Shown piece by piece: positions 31,912-41,619 of a stretch of 64,000 bases of DNA. This DNA comes from Clostridiales bacterium. Lineage in GTDB: Bacteria > Bacillota > Clostridia > Tissierellales > GPF-1. Each line of letters begins with the position of its first letter. Position 1 is the stretch's first letter. The stretch spans positions 11,511 to 75,510 of the forward strand of contig JABXKS010000002.1 in the NCBI GenBank assembly GCA_013619125.1, given 5' to 3'. The notes beneath the pieces were generated by a model that made no database searches, was not told where the DNA came from, and saw only the letters and a list, made by a program, of their open reading frames with translations. The translations under genes were made by a program, and so were the position numbers.

Positions 31912-32951
31912 ATTACAGGGACTACTCTTATGAAGAATTAGAGAATCAAATGCGAGACTTCGGATACCCAAAATTCCGAACCAAACAGTTTTTTCAATGG
32001 ATTCATCAAAACCCCATTGAAAAGATGGAAGAGATAACGGTCTTCTCGAAAAAAATGCGAGAAGATTTGGAGCAGAAGGGAAGCTTAGCGTTACCGGTTT
32101 GTGTAGATGATATGCAGTCACAATTGGATCCGACGCGCAAATTTCTCTTTCAAATGTCTGATGGACATATTGTTGAATCGGTGGCGATGTTCTATCAACA
32201 TGGGATTTCTCTATGTCTCTCGACGCAAGTCGGGTGTAAAATGGGATGTGTTTTTTGCGCAACCGGCAAGGAAGGATTTGTTCGTAATTTGAGCCCAAGC
32301 GAAATTTTAGGGCAGGTTGTCATGATCGAAAAAATTCTCGGGGAAAAATCGACGAATCTCGTGATGATGGGGTCGGGAGAGCCCTTGGACAATTGGAGTG
32401 CAGTGAAGACTTTTTTTGAACTCATTCATCATCCAGAAGGGCGTGGGATGGGATATCGACATATTACCTTGTCGACGGCCGGCGTTGTTCCCAATATATA
32501 CGCTATGGCAGAATCGGGAATCCCCGTTAATCTATCAGTCTCCTTACATCAGCCATTTCAAGAAAAACGAGAAGAGTTGATGCCGATTGCAAAGAGATAT
32601 CAGCTGCCGGAGTTGATGAAGGCAACGAAGCATCATCAAAAGAAAACCGGGAGACGGACGACTTTTGAATATACCCTGATTGAGGGTGTGAATGATCGGA
32701 TTGAGGACGCGAAACAATTGAAGGACATCCTTCGAGATCAAAATTATCATTTGAATTTGATTCCAATCAATCCGGTTGACCCTAGTTTCAAACGACCCAA
32801 AGCTGTGTTTCTTCGAAAGTTTCAAAAACATTTACAAGATGCAGGGGTCATGAATGTTACAATAAGAAGAGAACTTGGCACTGACATCTCTGCTGCCTGC
32901 GGCCAATTGAAACAACGGTTTGTTGCATCACAGGAGGACGATAACGAATGA
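31908..32951 (+). CDS. rlmN: dual-specificity RNA methyltransferase RlmN
   Basis: STQVGCKMGCVFCATG, MGSGEP, ITLSTAG, DISAACGQL. Confidence 0.97.
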   Translation: MNYRDYSYEELENQMRDFGYPKFRTKQFFQWIHQNPIEKMEEITVFSKKMREDLEQKGSLALPVCVDDMQSQLDPTRKFLFQMSDGHIVESVAMFYQHGISLCLSTQVGCKMGCVFCATGKEGFVRNLSPSEILGQVVMIEKILGEKSTNLVMMGSGEPLDNWSAVKTFFELIHHPEGRGMGYRHITLSTAGVVPNIYAMAESGIPVNLSVSLHQPFQEKREELMPIAKRYQLPELMKATKHHQKKTGRRTTFEYTLIEGVNDRIEDAKQLKDILRDQNYHLNLIPINPVDPSFKRPKAVFLRKFQKHLQDAGVMNVTIRRELGTDISAACGQLKQRFVASQEDDNE

Positions 32952-33676
32952 AAATCTACGCGTGTACCGATCGAGGAAAAGTCAGAGAAATCAATGAGGA
33001 TTCAATTTATACCAATGAGTCGGAACAATTGTATATTGTTGCCGACGGAATGGGTGGCTATTTTGGTGGAGAAATTGCGAGCCGATTGGCTGTCGAAGTG
33101 TTGTCGGGCTGCATTCAAAATTGCGATGAAGTCGACAGAACCATCCTGAGGGAAGGCTTTGCTCTCGCCAATCAAACAATTTTTGAGACCGCGAAGAATA
33201 GAGGGCAGAAGCTGATGGGAACGACCGCCTCACTTTTGCATATTGAATCGAACCTTGACAGCGGATGGATCGGACATGTCGGAGACAGTCGAATTTATCG
33301 GATGCGCGATTCTTTTCTTGAATTGTTGACAAAGGATCATTCCTACGTGGAAGAGTTGATTGATGCTGGGAAGATTACCCGGGAAGAAGCTTTTTCTCAC
33401 CCGAATCGCAATATCATCACCCGTGCTTTGGGAACCCATACTTTAGTGGAAGCGGATGTGATTCAATTTCCGATTCAAAGGGGTGATTTGTTTTTGCTCT
33501 GTTCAGATGGCTTAAGCAACAAACTGCCGTTGAATGATTTGCAAGGTATACTGGTTTCAGACGCATCGTTGGAAGACAAAGGGAATAAACTGCTTGAAGA
33601 GGCATTGCAGCGAGGCGGAGAAGACAACATCTCGCTGGTATTGGTTGAGATAAGCGGAACAGAGGTGAAGGAATGA
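32948..33676 (+). CDS. stp: PP2C-family Ser/Thr phosphatase (Stp1/PrpC)
   Basis: TDRGKVR..NED, VADGMGG, MGTT, HVGDSR, LLCSDGL, GGEDNIS. Confidence 0.96.
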   Translation: MKIYACTDRGKVREINEDSIYTNESEQLYIVADGMGGYFGGEIASRLAVEVLSGCIQNCDEVDRTILREGFALANQTIFETAKNRGQKLMGTTASLLHIESNLDSGWIGHVGDSRIYRMRDSFLELLTKDHSYVEELIDAGKITREEAFSHPNRNIITRALGTHTLVEADVIQFPIQRGDLFLLCSDGLSNKLPLNDLQGILVSDASLEDKGNKLLEEALQRGGEDNISLVLVEISGTEVKE

Positions 33677-35610
33677 AGGGGAAACTTTTAGGGAATCGAT
33701 ATGAACTGCTTGAGCGTATTGGTTCAGGCGGTATGGCAGAAGTATATCGAGCAAAATGTCATTTGTTGAATCGGCAAGTCGCAGTAAAAATTTTAAAAAG
33801 CGAATTGATGATGGATGACGAGTTTGTTCAAAAATTCAAGATTGAGGCACAAGCGGCCGCCGGGTTGAACCATCCCAATATTGTGAATGTATTTGATGTT
33901 GGGGCGGATCAGGGCATGTACTATATCGTGATGGAATTGATTGAAGGGAAAACCTTGCAAGAGGTGATTCGGGAGCAGAAGCACTTGAGTCCTGAAAAGG
34001 CGGTTCGATTTCTGTTGCAGATTGTAAGTGCAGTGGAATTCGCCCATGAGCGACATATTATTCATCGCGATTTGAAGCCGCAGAATATTATGCTGAATCA
34101 TTTGGGGAATCTAAAGGTGATGGATTTTGGAATTGCACGGGCGACTACTTCTGAAACTCTTCAAGTTTCAGACAAGGTGCTGGGCTCGGTTGCATACCTG
34201 TCTCCGGAGCAAGCCAAGGGTGGCTATTGTGATGAACGCTCCGACTTGTATTCCTTGGGGATTGTGTTTTATGAAATGCTGACGGGTCGAACTCCCTTTA
34301 CGGGGGAGACGCCAATCTCTGTCGTTATGAAACATCTGGAGGAAGATTTGTCCTTTCAGGAAGTGGACGACATCCCTATTGCCTTTCAAAACATTGTTCG
34401 GAAATTGACGCAAAAGTTGCCAGAAAATCGATATCAGTCGGCTCGAAAATTGATTATTGATTTGAAGAAAGCTAAAACATCGCCGGAGGAGGCAACCATA
34501 GCCGCTCAAACTTTTTCCGATTCGCCGACTACCGAAGTGGATGTTGAAGTGGTGAAAGAGCGGGCTAGAAAAATAGCGAAGGATGGAAACAGCATGCCGC
34601 AAAAAAGACAGCAGTCGAAAAAAACGTCAAAAAAGAAAAAGATAACAGGACTTCAAAAATGGGCAATTTCAGGTTCAGCGGTAATTTTAGCCTTTTTGCT
34701 TGTCTTGTATGGTGCCTATCAATTGTCCATGAACAATATTGTAAACATCAGTGAAGTGGAAGTGCCGAATATGCAAGGACTGACTTTGGCGCAAGCACAA
34801 ACGTTAATTGAAGACATTGGGATTGAATTATATGTTGAAAAAGAGATTTACAGCAATTCTTATGATAAAGGTGTGATTGTGGAGCAGGGGATTCCCGCGG
34901 GTAGGAAGATCAAACGATCTCCAGTGAGTGTTACCTTGAGCAAGGGCGCAAAATTGGTGGAAGTGCCAGATGTTGTTAATAATTATGCCTATTCCATTGA
35001 TGTACTGCTAAGCGGAAGTGGATTGAGCAAGGGTAGCTTGGTTTATGAATTTTCTGATGAGCCGGATGGTATTATCATCCGTCAAGAGCCAGCAGCGGGC
35101 GAGATGGTCGCAGAGGGTACGGCGGTGAATTACATTGTGAGTTCTGGTATTGAGAAAGAATATCGCGCCATGCCGTCGATTATTGGGCTTCAATTGGAAG
35201 AAGCAACCCAACAACTTGAGGATCTCGGCTTTACGATTGGGCAGACCATTTACGAGAACAGCGATCAGCCTGCAGGAGAAATCCTATATCAAAGCTATCC
35301 GGAAGGTTCGGATGTTGTGATCGGAAGTGAAATCAGTGTGAAAGTAAGCAAGGACAACGAGACAGCTGGTCCTAAGGAAGTATCAAAGACGATTACCCTC
35401 AGACTGCCTCAAACCAATCCAACGGTGAAGGTGAAGCTCACCCTCGTTGCTGACGGCGGAGAGATTACCGTGTATGAAGAAGTGTTAAGCACGGAACAGG
35501 GGAACGCGGCGATCGCCTTAAAGGGAACGGGTCAGCAAACCTATAAGATCTATTATGATGATCAATATCTGATTGATTACAATGTGACCTTTAGCGGGGA
35601 TGGGCAATGA
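33673..35610 (+). CDS. pknB: PASTA-domain Ser/Thr protein kinase (PrkC/PknB/Stk1)
   Basis: IGSGGMA.VY, VAVK, HRDLKPQN, DFGIA, TM helix, about three PASTA repeats. Confidence 0.97.
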   Translation: MKGKLLGNRYELLERIGSGGMAEVYRAKCHLLNRQVAVKILKSELMMDDEFVQKFKIEAQAAAGLNHPNIVNVFDVGADQGMYYIVMELIEGKTLQEVIREQKHLSPEKAVRFLLQIVSAVEFAHERHIIHRDLKPQNIMLNHLGNLKVMDFGIARATTSETLQVSDKVLGSVAYLSPEQAKGGYCDERSDLYSLGIVFYEMLTGRTPFTGETPISVVMKHLEEDLSFQEVDDIPIAFQNIVRKLTQKLPENRYQSARKLIIDLKKAKTSPEEATIAAQTFSDSPTTEVDVEVVKERARKIAKDGNSMPQKRQQSKKTSKKKKITGLQKWAISGSAVILAFLLVLYGAYQLSMNNIVNISEVEVPNMQGLTLAQAQTLIEDIGIELYVEKEIYSNSYDKGVIVEQGIPAGRKIKRSPVSVTLSKGAKLVEVPDVVNNYAYSIDVLLSGSGLSKGSLVYEFSDEPDGIIIRQEPAAGEMVAEGTAVNYIVSSGIEKEYRAMPSIIGLQLEEATQQLEDLGFTIGQTIYENSDQPAGEILYQSYPEGSDVVIGSEISVKVSKDNETAGPKEVSKTITLRLPQTNPTVKVKLTLVADGGEITVYEEVLSTEQGNAAIALKGTGQQTYKIYYDDQYLIDYNVTFSGDGQ

Positions 35611-36464
35611 CAAAAGCGAGAATTGTAAAAGGTGTTGGAGGCAATTACGTCATTTTAGTGGATGGGGAGCTCCTGCAAGGTCGATTGCGGGGCAAGCTTA
35701 GAAAAACCAAGATTCGTCCGTCTGTGGGAGATTATGTGGAATTGTCAGTCGATCCCGAGGGCAATTCCATGATTGAGAAGATCTTGCCTAGGAAGAACGC
35801 CTTGCTGCGCCCCGTGATTGCAAACGTGGATTGCGCAATTATCGTCTTTGCGCTCAAATCTCCAGATCCCCACTTGAATCTCTTGGATCGATTTTTGGTG
35901 ATGAGCGCCGTTCGTGGAATTGACGCGATCATTTGCCTGAACAAAGGGGATTTGGTTTCAGATGAAGAGACGGAAAAGATGGCGGATATCTACAGACAGG
36001 CGGGCTATCAAGTACTTGTAACTTCTGCAAAATCAGAGACGGGGATTGTGAAATTACGTGAGGTTCTGCGTGATCGAATTTCTGTATTCGCTGGACCGTC
36101 GGGTGTGGGGAAATCCTCTTTGCTTAATGCGGTGCAGGAGGGATTGGCCCTTCGTACGGGTGAGGTCAGCGAAAAGACGCAACGAGGCAAGCATACAACA
36201 CGCCATACAGAGCTCCTCTTATTGAATGGCGGGGGTGCGGTTGCCGACACGCCAGGTTTTAGCGCACTGGATTTGGCGGATTTGGATTCTCATGACATTC
36301 AAATGGGCTATCCAGAGATGGTAGCGTTGGCAGGAGCATGTCGATTCAATGACTGCTTGCATCGAACGGAGCCGGGTTGCGCGGTACGCGGTGCGATTGA
36401 TCCTGTACGATATGGGAATTATTTATTGCTGTTGGATGAGACTATGAATAAGCGGAGGTATTGA
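35607..36464 (+). CDS. rsgA: ribosome small subunit-dependent GTPase A (CpgA)
   Basis: Circularly permuted GTPase: NKGDL, GPSGVGKSSL, GKHTTR, DTPGF; zinc motif CRFNDCLH..EPGC. Confidence 0.97.
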   Translation: MTKARIVKGVGGNYVILVDGELLQGRLRGKLRKTKIRPSVGDYVELSVDPEGNSMIEKILPRKNALLRPVIANVDCAIIVFALKSPDPHLNLLDRFLVMSAVRGIDAIICLNKGDLVSDEETEKMADIYRQAGYQVLVTSAKSETGIVKLREVLRDRISVFAGPSGVGKSSLLNAVQEGLALRTGEVSEKTQRGKHTTRHTELLLLNGGGAVADTPGFSALDLADLDSHDIQMGYPEMVALAGACRFNDCLHRTEPGCAVRGAIDPVRYGNYLLLLDETMNKRRY

Positions 36465-36465
36465 A

Positions 36466-37128
36466 ATGGCGAAAATTGCACCCTCAATCCTATCGGCCGA
36501 TTTTGCACGGCTGGCAGAGGATATTGAAAAAGTAGAGCGCGGCGGAGCTGAGTATTTGCATATTGATGTGATGGATGGACAGTTTGTTCCGAATATCACC
36601 ATGGGTCCTCCAATTATTAAATCCATTCGAGCTTGCACGAAGATGTTTTTGGATGTCCATCTGATGATCGACAAACCGGAACGATATATCAAAGAGTTCG
36701 CCGAGGCAGGCGCGGATCTGATCACCTTCCATGTCGAGGCAACTCCTCATGCGCATCGTGTCCTCCAAGCCATTCATGCACAGGGAATCAAGGCGGGTGT
36801 AGTTTTAAATCCAGGCACCTCGTTGGATACCATTGAATACCTGTTGCCAGACGTGGATTTGGTGCTATTGATGAGCGTAAATCCAGGCTTTGGGGGCCAA
36901 AGTTTTATCCCTCAAGTTAAAACCAAAATTCAAGTGTTACGGGATTTGGTGACACGTATGGGTCTACAGGTTGAAATTCAAGTGGATGGCGGTGTGAACC
37001 GCGAGAACATTCTTGAATTGGTACGTGCGGGAGCCGATGTTTTTGTGATGGGCTCGGCTATTTTCAATAGCGAAGATCCTGAACAGACCACGAAGGACGT
37101 ACGAAAAATGTTGGCTTTACAGGGGTAA
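36466..37128 (+). CDS. rpe: ribulose-phosphate 3-epimerase
   Basis: IAPSILSADF, HIDVMDGQFVPN, DVHLM, MSVNPGFGGQ, VDGG. Confidence 0.98.
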   Translation: MAKIAPSILSADFARLAEDIEKVERGGAEYLHIDVMDGQFVPNITMGPPIIKSIRACTKMFLDVHLMIDKPERYIKEFAEAGADLITFHVEATPHAHRVLQAIHAQGIKAGVVLNPGTSLDTIEYLLPDVDLVLLMSVNPGFGGQSFIPQVKTKIQVLRDLVTRMGLQVEIQVDGGVNRENILELVRAGADVFVMGSAIFNSEDPEQTTKDVRKMLALQG

Positions 37129-37144
37129 GAGAACCTGTTATACT
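37116..37144 (+). promoter_or_regulatory. sigma-A promoter for the TPP riboswitch-thiT-thiN unit (overlaps rpe 3' end)
   Basis: TTTACA-17 nt-TATACT with extended -10 TG. Confidence 0.75.
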
Positions 37145-37165
37145 GAACACGAAATTAATCATATG

Positions 37166-37248
37166 CACTAGGGGAGCCGTATGGCTGAGATGAAAGGAAA
37201 CTTTCGACCCTTATAACCTGATCTGGTTGATACCAGCGTAGGGAAGTG
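37166..37248 (+). ncRNA. TPP (thi-box) riboswitch aptamer
   Basis: CACTAGGGGAGC...GCTGAGA...GACCCTTATAACCTGATCTGGTTGATACCAGCGTAGGGAAGTG matches the TPP core; upstream of a thiamine transporter. Confidence 0.96.
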
Positions 37249-37260
37249 ACTCTGAATATA

Positions 37261-37292
37261 GAGCCATTTTCCTTGAGAATGGCTTTTTTTTT
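37261..37292 (+). terminator. expression-platform terminator of the TPP riboswitch
   Basis: GAGCCATTTTC..GAGAATGGCT stem with a long T tract directly before the RBS GAGGAGG. Confidence 0.85.
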
Positions 37293-37305
37293 CGAGGAGG
37301 AAAAC

Positions 37306-37857
37306 ATGAAGAGTAAATCGACACAAATGATCACTGAAGCAGGAATTTTAATCGCACTGGCAACGGTATTGAGTCTGCTCAAAATTTCATTGCCAATCAA
37401 TCTTCAAGGTGGTTCCATTACCGCCGGTAGTATGATACCAATTTTGATTTTTGCCCTTAGATGGGGATTGAAACCTGGAATTTTAATGGGTGCTGTTTAT
37501 GGAATGATACAAATGATTCTTGAGCCCTATGCGATGACACCGGTTCAAATCTTTTTGGATTACGGAATGGCCTTTGGCGCATTGGGCCTTGCGGGATTTG
37601 CTAAAACAAGCTTTGACGCAATGCGAAACGGTGGAAAGGCGAAATTTAGTATTTATCTAGCCATCCTTTTGGGCATGCTCGGACGATTTTTATCGCATTT
37701 TGTTGCGGGGGGTACCGTATGGGCGATTTATGCGCCAGAGGGACAAAATCCTTGGATGTATTCTTTCATCTATAACGGCTCGTATATGCTGCCAGAGATT
37801 CTGGTTACCTTCTTGCTATTGGGCGTCTTGTTGCGACCGCTTTCAAAAATTAAATGA
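37306..37857 (+). CDS. thiT: energy-coupled thiamine transporter S component ThiT
   Basis: QGGSITAGSMIPI..FALRWG...GIL.GAVYG, Q.FLDY, HF.AG...W..YAPEGQNPW.YS..YNGSY; downstream of TPP riboswitch. Confidence 0.95.
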   Translation: MKSKSTQMITEAGILIALATVLSLLKISLPINLQGGSITAGSMIPILIFALRWGLKPGILMGAVYGMIQMILEPYAMTPVQIFLDYGMAFGALGLAGFAKTSFDAMRNGGKAKFSIYLAILLGMLGRFLSHFVAGGTVWAIYAPEGQNPWMYSFIYNGSYMLPEILVTFLLLGVLLRPLSKIK

Positions 37858-38498
37858 AGCGCGGAATTGTAGTTGCAGGCGGCTCTGTTGATCCCAAGTT
37901 TATAGAGGTTTTGAAAGCCCGTGGACCAGAGGTGATTACCATAGGCGTGGATCGAGGGATTTCGCTTTTTCTGAAGGCTGGTTTGGAGGCTGATCACTAT
38001 CTTGGTGATCTTGATTCCATCGATCCGGAAGACATCCCTGCAATTCCAGCAGAGCGCTTGCAAAAGTTCCCTGCGGAAAAGAACGCATCAGACCTGGAGT
38101 TGGCTTTGGCGCTTTGTGTGGAGCTGGACTTGGAAGAGGTTGCCGTATATGGCGCCACCGGAACGAGGTGGGATCATAGCTTTTCGAACCTTATGATGCT
38201 GAAGCGGTTTTATGATTTGGGGTTGCGGGTCATTCTTGTGAATGAGAAAAATCGAGCCATGGTTTTGTCTTCGCATCAGATCATTCCAAAAGAAGTAGTG
38301 GAGAACTATCGCTATCTCTCGATCTTGCCTATTTCCATGGAGGGAATACTTGTTTCGGAAGTTGGTGTCAAGTATCCTTTAAATCATGAACATCTACAGT
38401 TTGGCCAAACGAGAGGCGTCAGCAACGAGAGCCTTGGCGAAGATGTTGAGATTGATGTGATCGAGGGTGTAGCACTACTGATTTTGTCAAACGATTAA
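37854..38498 (+). CDS. thiN: thiamine diphosphokinase
   Basis: GVDRG, GDLDSI, EKNASDLELAL, GATGTRWDH, GVKYPL, RGVSNE. Confidence 0.95.
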   Translation: MKRGIVVAGGSVDPKFIEVLKARGPEVITIGVDRGISLFLKAGLEADHYLGDLDSIDPEDIPAIPAERLQKFPAEKNASDLELALALCVELDLEEVAVYGATGTRWDHSFSNLMMLKRFYDLGLRVILVNEKNRAMVLSSHQIIPKEVVENYRYLSILPISMEGILVSEVGVKYPLNHEHLQFGQTRGVSNESLGEDVEIDVIEGVALLILSND

Positions 38499-38519
38499 CC
38501 GGCGAAAGCCGGTTTTTTT
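38497..38519 (+). terminator. intrinsic terminator of thiN
   Basis: AACCGGC-GAAA-GCCGGTT plus T tract (GNRA loop). Confidence 0.9.
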
Positions 38520-38525
38520 GTGTAA

Positions 38526-38554
38526 TTGACAAACAGCCTTGATTTCAGTAGAAT
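38526..38554 (+). promoter_or_regulatory. sigma-A promoter of alaS
   Basis: TTGACA-17 nt-TAGAAT. Confidence 0.85.
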
Positions 38555-38606
38555 TACGTAATAAAGAAAAATGTATTCAACATCAAGAATGAGATGGAGG
38601 CTTCCT

Positions 38607-41228
38607 ATGAATTTGCATGAATTGCGAGAAAAATACTTACGTTTTTTTGAAGAAAAGGAACATCAGATTATAAATAGTTATCCGTTGGTGCCGATCAATG
38701 ACAAGAGTTTGCTATTGATCAATGCGGGTATGGCGCCACTGAAATCATATTTTGTCGGAACCCAAACACCGCCGAGTGTAAGAATGGCTTCTTGTCAGAA
38801 ATGTATTCGTACGGGCGATATTGAAAATGTCGGAAAGACGGATCGCCACGGCACTTTTTTTGAGATGCTGGGAAACTTCTCCTTTGGGGATTATTTCAAA
38901 GTGGAAGCGATTCAATGGGCATGGGAGTTTATGACCGATGTATTGAAAGTCGATCCGGAAATTTTGTGGGCGTCTGTTTATTTGGAAGATGATGAAGCCT
39001 ATGAGATCTGGAGAGATACAGTGGGACTTCCGGAATCACGGATTGTTCGATTGGGCAAAGAGGACAATTTCTGGGAGCATGGAACCGGACCTTGCGGACC
39101 TTGCTCGGAAATTTATATCGACCGAGGCGAAAAATATGGCTGTGGAGACCCGGACTGTAAACCAGGTTGCGAATGTGATCGCTATGTTGAGGTTTGGAAC
39201 CTTGTATTTACACAATTCAACAAGCAGGAAGACGGCGCGTACTTGCCATTGGCGAGCCCAAATATCGATACAGGAATGGGATTGGAAAGACTGACGGTTA
39301 TTTTAAACGAGTGCGCGAATATCTTTGAGATTGATCCCATCATCAAGATTATTGAAGCGGTGGAGAAAACCGCGAACCAGACCTATAAAAAAGATCCGAA
39401 AATTGATGTGTCCATTCGCGTGATTACCGATCATCTTCGGGCGGCAACCTTTATGATTTCCGATGGTGTTCTTCCCAGCAATGAAGGTCGGGGATACGTG
39501 TTGCGCCGACTGATTCGCCGCGCCTATCGTCATGGAAAACTGATTGGTATTGAAAAGCTATTTTTGGCGGATCTTTCCCAAGTTGTGATTGACAATTGGA
39601 AAGACTTTTACAGAAACTTGGAGTCTGAGCAAGCGCAGATTTACAAGGTATTAAAATACGAAGAAAAAAAATTCCAAGAAACCCTAGAACAGGGATTGCA
39701 AAGATTGGAATCCTTCTTGGGTGAGATGAAGGCTGATGGTAAAACGGAATTAACAGGTTTGTCGGCATTTCGTCTTTACGACACCTTTGGTTTTCCGCTG
39801 GACTTGACGATTGAGATTTTGGAAGAAAAGAATTTCACAGTGGATCAAGCTGGATTTGAAGAGGAGATGACCAAGCAACAGAAGCGAGCTCGCGCGGCTA
39901 GAAGCGCACAGGATCAAGAGAGCTGGCTGGCTGGTGCAACGGAAACATTTGATCAATATCAAACAGAATTCCTTGGCTACGAGAAGGAACAAACGGAAGC
40001 GACGATTCTGGCGATTTTCCAAGACGGTGTTTCAGTAGAAGCCTTATCAGAGAATGAGAAGGGTATTGTTCTCGTTGATCGCACAACCCTATATGGAGAG
40101 AGTGGCGGACAGCTTGGCGATCGTGGGCAGATTTTATTTGCGTCAGGGCTTGCACAGGTCACGGATACTAAAAAGAACGGAAACGCATTTTTGCATCAAA
40201 CACAAGTGGAGCAAGGACTTCTTTCTGTTGGAGACAAGGTTCAGATGAGCTATGAAGGGGACAGGCGACGTTCAACAGCCAGAAACCATACGGCAACCCA
40301 TCTTCTTCACAAGGCTTTGCAAGAGGTGCTGGGTGACCATGTGCGTCAATCAGGATCCCTGGTAACATCGGAACGGTTACGCTTTGATTTCACGCATATG
40401 GAGGCGATTTCGCCCGATGAGCTTGGGAAAATCGAGCAACGTGTCAACGAAATCATTTATGAAGATCACAAGGTGATGACAGATTCAATGACCATGGAAG
40501 AAGCGGTTCAATCTGGAGCAACTGCATTGTTCTCTGACAAGTATGGAGAAAAGGTGCGTGTTGTGTCGGTGGAAGGATACTCTCAGGAACTGTGTGGAGG
40601 AACCCATGTTTCTCGATCCGTTGATATTGGAATTTTCAAGATCTTGCATGAAAACGGAATCGCGGCGGGTGTGCGCAGAATTGAAGCGGTTACCGGCAAG
40701 TCTGCCTATGCATATACCAATGAATTAGAGAAGGAACAGATGGAAATAGCAAGTCTTTTACGCACGAAAAAAGACAATTTAATGGGCCGCATTTCGGAGC
40801 TGGTGGCGGAACAAAAGCAAATGAAAAAAGAGTTGGAGCAAGCGACTGCTAAGTTGCGCAATCAGATGTTTGAATCAATCTTTGATGCAGTCGAGATTGT
40901 GGGCGATACCAAGGTTTTGATTGCTGGCTTTGACGGACAAGATGTAGACGGCTTACGTGGTCTAATGGACCGCATGAAGGATCAGGCTTCCTCGTATCTA
41001 TTTGCGGGAGTAACGGAGTCGAACGGGAAACTATTGCTACTGGTTTCCGGCAGTGAAGATCTTGTGAAAAAGGGATTCCACGCAGGGAATATGATTCGCG
41101 CAATGGCAAAATTAGCTGGCGGCGGTGGCGGCGGACGGCCGAATATGGCGCAAGCAGGCGCTCCTGACACTGGAAAAATCGGAGAAATTTTAACTTTTGC
41201 TAAAGAAGAGGCGAAGAAGTTTTTATAA
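38607..41228 (+). CDS. alaS: alanine--tRNA ligase
   Basis: INAGMAPLK, RHGTFFEMLGNFSFGDYFK, GPCGPCSEI, DTGMGLER, HTATHLLH, ELCGGTH, GGGGGGRP..AQAG; RBS GGAGG before ATG 38607. Confidence 0.99.
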   Translation: MNLHELREKYLRFFEEKEHQIINSYPLVPINDKSLLLINAGMAPLKSYFVGTQTPPSVRMASCQKCIRTGDIENVGKTDRHGTFFEMLGNFSFGDYFKVEAIQWAWEFMTDVLKVDPEILWASVYLEDDEAYEIWRDTVGLPESRIVRLGKEDNFWEHGTGPCGPCSEIYIDRGEKYGCGDPDCKPGCECDRYVEVWNLVFTQFNKQEDGAYLPLASPNIDTGMGLERLTVILNECANIFEIDPIIKIIEAVEKTANQTYKKDPKIDVSIRVITDHLRAATFMISDGVLPSNEGRGYVLRRLIRRAYRHGKLIGIEKLFLADLSQVVIDNWKDFYRNLESEQAQIYKVLKYEEKKFQETLEQGLQRLESFLGEMKADGKTELTGLSAFRLYDTFGFPLDLTIEILEEKNFTVDQAGFEEEMTKQQKRARAARSAQDQESWLAGATETFDQYQTEFLGYEKEQTEATILAIFQDGVSVEALSENEKGIVLVDRTTLYGESGGQLGDRGQILFASGLAQVTDTKKNGNAFLHQTQVEQGLLSVGDKVQMSYEGDRRRSTARNHTATHLLHKALQEVLGDHVRQSGSLVTSERLRFDFTHMEAISPDELGKIEQRVNEIIYEDHKVMTDSMTMEEAVQSGATALFSDKYGEKVRVVSVEGYSQELCGGTHVSRSVDIGIFKILHENGIAAGVRRIEAVTGKSAYAYTNELEKEQMEIASLLRTKKDNLMGRISELVAEQKQMKKELEQATAKLRNQMFESIFDAVEIVGDTKVLIAGFDGQDVDGLRGLMDRMKDQASSYLFAGVTESNGKLLLLVSGSEDLVKKGFHAGNMIRAMAKLAGGGGGGRPNMAQAGAPDTGKIGEILTFAKEEAKKFL

Positions 41229-41232
41229 ATCC

Positions 41233-41260
41233 TTGATGGATCTTCTTTCTGTGGTATAAT
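41233..41260 (+). promoter_or_regulatory. sigma-A promoter of the ireB operon
   Basis: TTGATG-16 nt-TATAAT with extended -10 TG. Confidence 0.75.
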
Positions 41261-41284
41261 TTGAGAGAAAGGAGTGATACCATT

Positions 41285-41563
41285 ATGACAGAAGAAAAAA
41301 CCGTTGATTCAAATCATACCATTCATTTACAGGTTGCGGTTGATGACAAAAATGATGCAAAAGAGATTTTGCGCGAAGTCTATCTAGCGCTTGAAGAGAA
41401 AGGGTATCATTCAATCAATCAACTGATCGGCTATTTCTTATCAGGGGATCCGACGTATATTACAAGCTACAATAACGCGAGGAGCCTGATTCGTAGAATT
41501 GAGCGAGATGAATTATTGGAAGAAATTTTACGTGAATATATTGAAAACAATGTAACCAAGTGA
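41285..41563 (+). CDS. ireB: IreB/ReoM family regulatory phosphoprotein (UPF0297)
   Basis: [48 protein letters not shown]. Confidence 0.95.
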   Translation: MTEEKTVDSNHTIHLQVAVDDKNDAKEILREVYLALEEKGYHSINQLIGYFLSGDPTYITSYNNARSLIRRIERDELLEEILREYIENNVTK

Positions 41564-41570
41564 TGGAAAG

Positions 41571-41602
41571 AAAGTACAGCCATATTTGCTGTACTTTTCT
41601 TT
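41571..41602 (+). terminator. intrinsic terminator after ireB
   Basis: AAAGTACAGC-catattt-GCTGTACTTT followed by TCTTT. Confidence 0.8.
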
Positions 41603-41619
41603 AAGTGAAAGAGGAATTT

